This document shows positions 53,228-64,000 of a stretch of 64,000 nt of DNA, piece by piece. The translations under genes were made by a program, and so were the position numbers. The stretch lies in the NCBI RefSeq assembly GCF_032062105.1, contig NW_026926647.1, positions 186,001 through 250,000 of the forward strand, given 5' to 3'. Every line of letters starts with the position of its first letter. The first letter of the stretch is position 1. A model generated the notes under the pieces. The model ran no database searches. It was given only the letters and a program-made list of their open reading frames with translations, and had not been told where the DNA came from. This DNA comes from Saccostrea cucullata (taxonomy: Eukaryota).

Positions 53228-56046
53228 GTAAGTTGTTAATTGTGCTTGTCAGAGAGAGGCTCACTTAAATCAGGTCTTTTGTAGCAGTGAATCTGAGTTA
53301 TCTGAGAGAAATATATGAGGTTGAATAGATTTTATATCTACCAGTATACTTTTTTCAGTCACTGTCAGAAATCGGAGAAAACAACTGACAAATTTTCAAA
53401 TAACTGGTACTTTCTGTGAATCTTAACAAAAGACTTTGTCTGATAGTAAAATTCCAAGCTCTGTCATATATATAGTGAAGAGATCTGAAAAAATTGGAAT
53501 TGTTATAAAAATTATTACGTATTGAGTACTTATCAGATTTTGAAATAGACAACACGAAAAAAATGTCTAATGGTATATGAAGAAACTGATGTGATTTATA
53601 GTTAAAAAATGTTTCCCCTAAATCCCATTGTACAGTAGTTAACTTCCTTTTTACGATGTTTGTTTAAAAGAACTGGTAATTACTGTACAAAATAGTATAA
53701 ATTTGACAGATTAAATGTTGAGGATAAATAGAAATATGTTTCTTTATAGACAAGTGACAAAGTTATGTTGAATAAATGTCATCAATTATAGTTTATTAAT
53801 TGAATTAACACGAATCAAAAGGGAATAAAATTAATTAATTAATTGCTACACTGTCAGGTCCTTTATCATCGTTATTTTAGGAAAATAATAAGGCTTTCAA
53901 ACTACAATAAACATTGAAATACTTCATTGTCGTTAATATGCTTATGTCGTATTAACCTGCTGAATAAATCCAATTAATGCAATTAAGAAAGTTAAAGACG
54001 TGATCTGAAGTGCTTTAATTATTTTATATTAATTTACTGACTCATAATTCTTAACATAATTTGGTTTTGACGTGCTGAATATAAATTGCCAACGAAAAAT
54101 ATACCTTCTACGTTTCGCATGTATACGTAGCCATCGCCCTTTCAGCATTTCAATCTATTTATTATTTATATAAGGAAACCCTTTGTCACAAATCATTATC
54201 TAAAGAGTATTTTATGAATAGTTTTCTTTTGTATTAACTGATCTTAATATAATTCACCTTAACCACATCACTCGCACTGTACGGTTACTTGTGGTTAAGG
54301 ATACAAGTATGATAAAATAATTAATCAAAAATCAAACCAGAGAGTGAATTTATTTCTAATAAAATAAATGTTATATTCATAAACTTTTTCAAAAAACGTT
54401 TAAAAGACAACCCAAATATTTTGGAAGACATGAGTTAATACAGAACAAGTGAAATAAATCAGGAAAAAAATAGTCTCTACATAATGCAACTCTTTTTACA
54501 TCTGTTTAAAAGAAACACCTGAAGCGATTGAAATACATATTTATAATTTATATCACAAGGAAATATATCGTTAATGGGCCTGGTACAAATGCTGCCATTA
54601 ATTATCACACTGACAAAAGAAGTGAAGAAGATAACTCTTATCCGCCCAACGGAAGAAAATCCCGCTTAACGTAGTTTTTAATTACAAAAATACAGCTTTT
54701 TTCTCCCATACAAAATGGACACGTTTTCAAAGCAATTGTAGAGAAAAAATGTTAAGAGAAATACTTTTCTTCTTAGTAATTCCCCACTCTCCCTCTCTCC
54801 CTCATAGGAGTATGTTACACTCTTTTAAAATTTCTTAGGTACAGTTAAGGTAATATGTCTAAAAACAAGGTGGATGGACATGTCGTGTGCATTTGGTTTG
54901 TCAAAAAAGTGAATATTTCAATTAGAATCATAGAATTGTTTTGTAAACAAAATTCCATTTAAGAAGTAATTCCATCATACACATTTGAAGTTGGGGTATA
55001 TCACACGCCATGTTCGCCCAAGTTCTTTATATATAAAATGTATGTCAGGCGAAAGTACTTTGACTTCAACAATCAATCTTGAACAATTTCGTTAAAGTCT
55101 GTATTATTAGACATGCACTGAATTCTAACGACACTCTGTGGTTTCAAAAACTTAATAAAATTTTCTCCACATGTCAGGTGCGTGCAGAAAAGGAATTGTA
55201 TTTTATTCATAATATGTAGAAATGTTATCATTCTGACACGTCGGTGATTGATTTCACCTTAATTATAGAAATTTACGAGTCCTTGTCATTTATAAATATT
55301 TAACAAATCACAATAATCAATTCTGAATTTACTGATTTATTGCTTTAAGAAGGTTATCTCGAGAATTTAGAAGGAAAAAAAAAACACTTCCTCTACCAAA
55401 CCCAAAATTTTTGCTAAAATTTGAGTACAACTTCTAATTCCAACGTCAGAAATGTGACTTAAGGTTCGTGAACCATCTGCTCATAAGTATAAAATGTTGC
55501 TTTAACATTGTTGATTTATATTAGATAAAAATAATATATGTAAAATGCAAAGAATTTTATCAAATCTTGCGTTGCAAAATAAAAAAGAAAAGAAAGAATT
55601 TTACTTGACAAATCTATGAAGGAATGTGAAACATTTATGTTATTCAAAGTTGTCCCTGTTATCAGAGTAACAATGTACCTTAAATAACTTTGCATGTGAC
55701 AAGGACAGAGCGAGTAAAAATTTAAGAGGTGAAGATTTAATGTACAATCTGTTTTCGCGAATAAAATATATATGTGAAAATATTCAAATATATACATATT
55801 AAACTAAGTATTACATTTGTACTGTGCCCATTCGCTTTTGTCTTTAGTAATTAAGTCTTAAAATTCCTTTGCGTACATGTACCTACAGGCACGTTAAACG
55901 AAATAACTTTATAACAATGTATTTTTCACACTTCTTGTGTCCTTGAAACTTCAAGCTCTCTTATTCATGCAAGATGAATTTAATGAAATAATCTCAAAAT
56001 AAAACAAAGAAATAATGATATTAATATATATGATTAATTTTCACAG

Positions 56047-56419
56047 AGACAATGGAATTTGAATGGCGGGAAATGTGGTGTTTGCGGGGATCCCTGGGAT
56101 GGATTACGTCTCCATGAAGATGGCGGCAAATACGGACAGGGAATTGTGGGAGGAATATACAGAACCGGAAGTACTGTTCTGTTTACTATTGAAAACCCAG
56201 AAAGAATTGGAGGAGAAATCGAATTCAAGCTATGTGACGTCACAGAAAAGGGACAAGATCTTCACCAGAGCTGTTTCGACGAACATGTTCTGCTGTTTGC
56301 GGACACCAAGAAGACGAGTCATCGTGTGAAATCTCATGAGGGTTTCCTTGATGCTCATGTTCAACTTCCGGCTGGGCTTGTCTGTCAGCATTGTGTTTTA
56401 CAGTTGACATTCATACAAG
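56047..56419 (+). CDS. AA15-like LPMO domain protein, coding exon 2
   Basis: Acceptor tttcacag. RQWNLNGGKCGVCGDPWDG..GGKYGQGIVGGIYRTG..EFKLC..QSCFDEHVL..VQLPAGLVCQHCVLQ. Donor G|GTAAAT, phase 1. Confidence 0.92.
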
Positions 56420-58582
56420 GTAAATAACACTTGAATGTATTTTGTACATAAAGATAGCTTTTTTATTATATAAATCGCCTTATGTTATGGTTAAATATTC
56501 CAACAACTCATTTGAACATCACGATTAAAAATGTAAGACATTTATATGTAAGGACCCCAGTTAGATACAATTGGATGCAACACTTTTCTTAAGATCTTAA
56601 AAAAGATATTAATACTCGTATGATATATTTCTTCATTTATAAAATTAGGGACATGCATTCTCCCAACATAAAATGGAGACCTATGTTATTGACGTTATGT
56701 GTAGAATATAAATCAACTTTCTTTTCATAATTACATGTACATGTCTGTGCCATAGGAGGCATGCACCTTTGAATTTTAATTAATCAAATTGAAATACCAT
56801 TTTATTTTCAACCTAGGTATTTTTTCACATTTTACCAATTAAATAATTTTCAGATAAATATATGCATAGTCTTCTGATAGACTGGTTTTCTCCACAAAAG
56901 TATTTCAACAATGAAATCTTGTATTCAGCTCTCGAGTTGCATGTAAATGTGACATATGAATTAAAAAAAATTTTATTATACAGAACTGCAATAAAAGGAC
57001 AAAAACAGAGCCACAATTTTTCAAGGCGTGTTTAAAACCAATTAAGTAAATTTAATTAGTTAAGGAAATCTTGTATTTTATATAACTTGACAGATATGCA
57101 TAATTTTATATCTTGTCGAGAGTTTTTAAGCGTTAAAATTTAAACATATATGACGGTAAAGACGATATAATTTTTAACGTGTGCAGAATGTTGATTAAGT
57201 TGAATTTAATTTAAGTTTTTGGTCTTATTTTTTTTGCAAAAATATTTAATGGTTGTATTAGTTTCTATGGGATATATTTATCCCCAAAATCCTAGCTAAC
57301 AAAAAAAAATTTCTTACTTTTCATTAAACCTACACCGAAAGAAAAACCTAGTGAATTTAACTATTGTGTTTCGTAAAGCGTTGGTCGTGATTAGTCAACT
57401 TTCAGTTTACTGGTTAAAATAGTGAGTTGTGGAGCGGGGGTTTTCATTGTCAAAGTTACCATCAACTAAATTTATGTTTTGCAATATCTGGTAAAACTAC
57501 TAATATTCCAGGTAATGATTGTATGGAATAAATATATAACTAGTTATTTTTTTAATCATGCTTTGCCGTCTAATATTCCATTAAGAAAAGCATTTTTTTT
57601 GGTTTGTTTTGTGTTGTTCTTTTGTTTGAGATCTTCAGATTAATTTATTCATGATATAACCTTTCAAAGAATTTGATTTTTGGTCTTTGGATAAAAAAGT
57701 AAAGTATGAAGAATTGAACATCAACCACTATCTATCAAATATTTTGTTAATTAGTGAAATACTGAATCTCTGGTCAATTATAATCAAATGGTAATAACAA
57801 GTACTCATTTAATTCATTAATTTCAATTCTAAAAAAATACATGTCTGAATTTTTTATGAAACTTTAACTGAATGATGGGTATTTTTGACATTTAAGATGA
57901 CACTTTAAATGCAGTTGTTCGGATTTCGTCTTGCATAATGTTTCAGAAATTAGAATCGTGCTCTTCTAAATTACAGAAGTTAGGCTCATCCCTATTTACG
58001 TTTTACAATAGCATTCATCAAAATGCGGCAAGAATACTAAGTTAAACTTTCCCTGAAATGCGCCAATGTAAGTTGAGCACCAGTGCCGACCTGTTGGATT
58101 TAGACAGCTTGCAATTAATTTACTTTTTACACGTTTTAAAATTCAAGAAAAGGTACTGAATGATAAAATCAAAGATGCGCGTCTTTCGAAATCAGTAGCT
58201 ACTTTTTAAAACGTAAATGCACATATCATTTAAATATGCAGTCAAACACTAAAAACTGGTACTTTTTATAATCTTCATGTATATGCAAATAGCATTAAAA
58301 GGTAGATAAACACTTAAAATGAACTTTTTGTGATGTATATGCATCAAAATACAGATTGACATATTTTTGAATTTTAAAAATTCAAATACATTCACATTTT
58401 TTTTGGCACTTTTCAGCTATTAAAAAGTATGAATGATTAAAAAAAATTTAAATTGTTGTAGTTTGAATTTATTGCTTTTATCTTATAAAAAGTTAGAAAA
58501 TTGTTATAAAACGATAAAGTTTGCAAAATAACATAAGTTCCTATGATATGTATTTCATTCAATATTTTCTCGTCTTTTGTAG

Positions 58583-61500
58583 ATAATAACGAATGTCCTG
58601 AATGTGTGGAAAAACGAACCATCCGCAATTGCGCAGATATACAAATAACCCCAGGAAAAAGCCGACAAAAGCGACAGGTACAAGGGTGGAAAAACCAACA
58701 ACCTGATCAAACTAACCTGGGTAAGAGAGTTGAATGGCTCGGAGTACAGGCCAAAAAAGCAGCAGCCGCACATGCCACAGCCAAAAAGCCAACGGTGATG
58801 AAGGATGCAGAGATATACAGAACAGAGCTGAAAAAGGTAGAGTCAATTGCCCCAAAACCCACCCCACCAAGACATCTGAACGGCAGACAACAACATTTCT
58901 ACCAACTTCAACATCAGAGAGCGCTCCATAGGAATCAAAATCGGCAATTTGGCCAGCAACAGAACTCTGGGCCTTCACTATATAGGCATAATTCTGAAGT
59001 ATTATCTAGCAGGGCAAGTAAAAGCAATTTCAAGCTCACACAGGAAGCAAGGCCCAAGAAACCAAAGAAGAATCAGGTAGAACCGTCTCCCGCGTTTATT
59101 AATGCTGATCCCAAACCAACACAGCCGTCACAGCAGAAACCAACACCAACGCAACATTCTCAACAGCAGTCAACTCCAAATAATCAGGTTAACCACCATC
59201 ATCATAAACAACACAAAGCAGCGAACATAATTCAAAACAATGCAAGACCGACAAACCAACCAGTACATATGTATCCCAACAAGCAACACCAGCAACACCA
59301 AAATCAACCTATGTACAACAATAATCAACAACGACATCAAAATCAGTTCAACCATCGCAATCAAAATTTCGCCCGCCAACAACGCTACCAGCAATCTCGT
59401 AATTTCAACAATCAATGGAACATGCATAGATGGAATCAAAATAATAATAAATTCCAACAAAGCCAACACCAAAGAAACTCACTTTCGCAATCACGCCAAC
59501 AGCCCACAAAGCCATCCCCTTCCATGGATGCTGTTGGGGGTGCATTCAGTTCACAGTTCGATAAACCATCTGGGGGACTCTCTAGCATGCCTTCAGAAAA
59601 TCCGAACAAACAACCGTTCAACGACATGGTAGCAAAGACGCATACTGGTGGTTTTCTATCCTCTCAAGATAGTTTGATACCAAGGTCCTCAAATCCGAAC
59701 TCTTTTCATAATGGAAGACGACCTATAAGTCCTCCTTCATCTGGACTATATCCCACTAATGACGTTGTACCCTCTGTGTCTGCAGGAAAACCACCTCTAA
59801 GCAACTTTAAGGGAGACACTCCAATTTCGATAGACCGTCCAGCTAAAGGAATGAATTCTGACACAAAATTTGTAAGAAATATCATTCAACCAGCTGGATT
59901 TAAAGAAATTCCCCATTTAGATTTTGTGCATGCTCCAGAGGTTCAAAGACAGCGCATAGGTCCAAAATCTAACCAGAAACATGTACCGTCTACAACAGTT
60001 TCTCCCAAGGACGCACAGTGGATGGCACAATCTAACTACATGCCTAAACCACAGCAGACATGGAACAATAATGTTCCAAATCAACAATCATGGCAAAAAC
60101 CAGCTTCTGAAGGAGGAGCCCAACCAGTAGAGACACAACAGTCTTTTGTTCTTAACAAAAGGCCAATGCAATCAAATTCAGCATCCAAAAGCATTAAACA
60201 ACCAATTAGAACACCTACAGAGGTTCCGATAAAAGTCCAACCTAATCCACAGTGGTTTAATCCACAACCCCGACAACCTCAACAAGCAAATATCCAACGC
60301 ATAAATAGCCAACAGGGTTGGCTCAACAATGCGCAAGTGTCTCCAACTCAATCATCAATCAGAAGACAAGATCAGCCACAAAACCAACAATGGAATAATA
60401 AACCACCACAAGCAGCCAATTCACAACCACAACGATCTCTGGAAAAAGCGCCAAATCAAAATATGAATTTGAACAACCAAATGCAGAATATACCGCCAAT
60501 GCCTACACAAACTTCAAACAATCAGGCTATGAACCAAAAAACTCGAAAAAATCAAATTAATCCACTACAACAGCAGCAACCTAGGAACAAGTTTCAGGAA
60601 AAGCAACCTTCAATTCAGCAAAATCCACCACAGCAATGGCAGCAACAACAGAACATGAACGGACCTCCGGCGCAGGGAATTCAAAAAACCCAAATGATAC
60701 ACACTAGAGTTCAACAACAACTACCTTCAGAAATGCCTCCACAGCAACAGCAGTGGATGAACCGGAATTGGCAAGCACAAGGAAATCAACAATCAAATCC
60801 CTACCCATCTTCAGCACCCATGACAAGTAATCAGGCAGGAAACCCACCATACAGGGTGAGGAAGAATAAAAAACCTTTTAGTTTGAACGCCGATCCACAA
60901 GCAATGAGATGGAGTCCAAAAGTGGCAAGACAATTTTTTGGTGGACTTACTGTATACGACCCAAATGGAAGTCCATCATCAAATAAACCGAAAGCTTCAC
61001 CACCAAGTCCTCCTCAAAGGCCAATCTCTACTCCTGCCCCAGCTATAGCTCCATCACAACCAGTTTCTTCTCAAATCGTTAAGAAATGGAACTCTGTACA
61101 AGCTCCCGCTGCACCAGTTGTTCCTAATCAGATCCAACAATCTGCCGTTCAGAGTGTTCCATCCCAGATAAACAGGAGTGTCAATCCCCCAAACTACGCT
61201 CAACAGCAACAACCTCAGCCAACCCAAAATATTGCACCACCAGGACTTGGACAGCAACCAAACCAACCTCAAAATGCTATACCTCCTTCATATATTCCTC
61301 AACAACAGCAACAGCTACAAATTCAGAATGCATCTCCGTCCCAACAATTACAACAGACACAACAAAATCAAAATACTGTTCCACAAATGCAGAATGCACC
61401 TTCTCCCCCACAAGTACAACAGACACCACAAATTCAAAACAATGTCCCACAAATACAGAGTGCGGCACAAGGTCAAACTCAAAATAAACCTACAAAAATC

Positions 61501-64000
61501 ATGACAAATAAACTTATTGCTGGTTCCAACATCAAAGGAATTAATTCACCCTTGTTTGTTCTTCAAACAAAAGCAGATTTAAACAAACATTTGGACAAAA
61601 TGGAAACACCTTCCAGCACAAAGAGCACTGATCAAATGTTGAACATTGGGGAATATGACACTGGGTTTAAAGGTAATAAAAATCCATTATATGTGGTTGG
61701 TGCACCTCTCAAAGTTCACGATCCCAGTCCAGAACCCTCTCCTCAGATAGAAATAATTCCAAATCAGTCGAGTCGTGTAATTCCGACGCAGAACAACGTA
61801 CCAAAGAATCAACAACCACAGCAACTAGCGATTCAAGGTCAACAAAACATGCAAACCCCTACAACTCAAAATCAATCACCACAACAAGGTGTTGTTCTTG
61901 GACAACAGCCACAACAAGTTATTTTAGGTCAACAAAATCCGATTTCAACTCCTTCTCCGACCGTTGTTCAGACCACTGAAGCCCCACGTCAATTTAATCC
62001 CTTTGCGGGTAGTCCACGTCCAGTTCCAAACAATAAAGAATTAATGGGTCAACGTCACCTCCCATTATCAGGACAACAAAACTCGTCACCTTTCCGTGGT
62101 TTTAATTCAGCTTTGGGAAGGGGTGGACCTAACGTACCAACCCCAACGACCCCAAATCCAGCGACAACTCCACAATATCGACAAGGTAGTTTGGGTGCGC
62201 TTGGAAGAGGAATGACACAAAGTAACTTACAAGGTGCTATTTTAGCTGCAGAAACAACAACAACAACAACACGATCCCCACCAGTCATAAGTGCTAGACA
62301 ACAATATTTCTCTGCACAAAGAAAGGGAATGTTCCGGCCAACATTCGCTCGTAAATTACCTCAACGATATCCACAATATCCTCAAAGAAACAATCAGCAG
62401 TCATTCCAATCAAGAATGGTACAAAATAATCAACAGCCTGTAATTTTGCAACCACAAGTAAGAGGACGTCCAGAGAACACAACAGAAAGTCCCCAAATGC
62501 AACCACAATTCGCACAGAATAACATGAATAGGATGACCAATTCAAGATTTTCTAGAAATATGCAAATACCGTATCCAAATAGACCGAGATCATCTACCAT
62601 TTCTCAGCAGAATCCTCGGCCAAAACAGTTTCCTCAACGTCCTTTATCAAACCCACAGACTTCTGGCTCTCAGTTAAGTAGCTGGAAAAATCCCTCTCCT
62701 ATGCAGAACCCACAGTTTGTTAGAAGACAACAATCTAGTCTTTCTCAAAGGTTTAATCAAAAAGGTAATCTTAATTTAATTGGAGTAACACCAGGTCCTA
62801 CATCAAATCAGGGTAATGTTAAGGAAGCCAGAGTTTTAGTAAATCAGAATGTTCCCTCACCAACACCTCCACAGATGAAACAACCTAATCCTGTTTCTAA
62901 TCCAAGGTCCAAAAATATGCTTGAATCTAACACTGCTAAAAGTGGTCCTAAACCCCAAAGAGGTCCACAACAACCACAGGCTAGAGAACCACAAAGTCCT
63001 CTACAAAGTGTTCCAAAACCAATCGTAAGGGAACCTCAACCAATCAAAGGGCAATATCAACCTCAGATGATTAAAAAACCTTCGCTTAGTCGGAAAGCTT
63101 TTGAAACGGGCAGCAGTAAATCTAATGCATTTAGTTCATTTTTAATGAATGGGGGTCATAAAACTGTTGTTGCAGCAGCAAATGCAATTGAAAAGCCGCA
63201 GCAAGGTTTGAAGAACTCTGTTAAACGAGCAGAATATGTTGCACCTGTCGATGCCATTAGTCCTGCAAAAGAGTCAAATACAGTTTATTCCAATCCCCTG
63301 CATTATCACAATCAAAGACGGGGTTTTGGAATTGTGTCAGGGGGTCTTTCGGCGTCAAGGTTAGATCCAAATTCGGTAAAAAGAGCCCAACAACGCCTTC
63401 GTCCATCCGAGAGTCCAAAACTTTCGCATCTTGGAAAAATACTTGGAAAAGAACAGCCTGCACAAAGACTTGGCAGCTACCAAAATGTTCTCCGCCAGGC
63501 AGGGGTAACTCCAGACATCAAAAATAGTGAAGTTCTATGGTCTGTTCGGACAACACCTGCGGAGTCTAAGATCATTTATCAAGACGCCATTCAGAATCAA
63601 GCTATTGCCGAAAAGGGCCCAGCAATACCAGGATACTACAGAAGAGACCTTGTTGTTGAAAAGCAACCACAGTCCGTAGTGCCGGAAGTTAAGTCCACAA
63701 ATATTAAAACGCAACAGTCCATGATGAGTGGTGGACCTCTGCCAATGGAAATGGAAAAATCACGGAACAGTGTTAGGAATAACGCTCATCCCCAAGTAAA
63801 GCCTAAAGCAGTCAATTATCCACAGATACCCGGCTCACAGAACGTACCCGCAGTGCCAGGAATTCCTCGTGAAGCGCCGGCTAAGATGGCGGTTGTTGAT
63901 CCTCCTGTCCAAAGAAAACAAATTAAGAAACAAAATCCTCAGCAACAAGAACATCATCAACAACAACAACAACAACAACAACAGATGCTGCTAGAAAAAC
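58583..64000 (+). CDS. AA15-like protein exon 3: end of LPMO domain plus a very long Q/P/N-rich low-complexity tail, open to the window end (>=1805 codons)
   Basis: Acceptor cttttgtag; the phase matches exon 2. DNNECPECVEKRTIRNCADIQI closes the domain, then RQKR and a CAA/CCA/AAT-rich frame. No stop seen, and the ORF track lists no terminated ORF in this frame. Confidence 0.9.

Noticed and set aside
58555-63463. Short ORF-track entries overlapping exon 3 (both strands, other frames)
   Set aside because: Shadow frames of the low-complexity CAA/CCA-rich coding exon.

Overview
AT-rich, repeat-dense eukaryotic DNA with spliceosomal introns. It is most likely from a bivalve, probably an oyster; this is inferred from Helentron-type elements carrying a Cg170-like ~166-bp satellite, Meta-type SINEs and an expanded C1q-domain family. 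(1) 1-19.6 kb: a tandem minus-strand cluster of six two-exon C1q-domain-containing (C1qDC) loci, each a signal peptide/coiled-coil exon, a phase-1 intron and a globular C1q exon. Two are intact (18411-19540, 13119-14905). The other four have independently disabled leader exons (a transposon insertion, a 1-bp deletion, an early stop, a 5-bp duplication), yet three keep an open C1q exon as far as visible. Leader exons are shuffled between C1q types. (2) 20-52 kb: no supportable host gene. It holds MITEs, Helentron/satellite elements, SINEs, a triplicated ~2-kb segment, and an unusual ~2.1-kb insert flanked by a perfect 135-bp direct repeat that contains a decayed SGNH-hydrolase ORF and an array of covarying palindromes. 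(3) 53075 to window end, plus strand: a secreted AA15-like lytic polysaccharide monooxygenase (LPMO) domain that appears to have lost its copper-binding residues. It is joined through a furin site (RQKR) to a >1,770-aa Gln/Pro/Asn-rich tail encoded by one giant exon, which the ORF track missed because it has no stop in the window.
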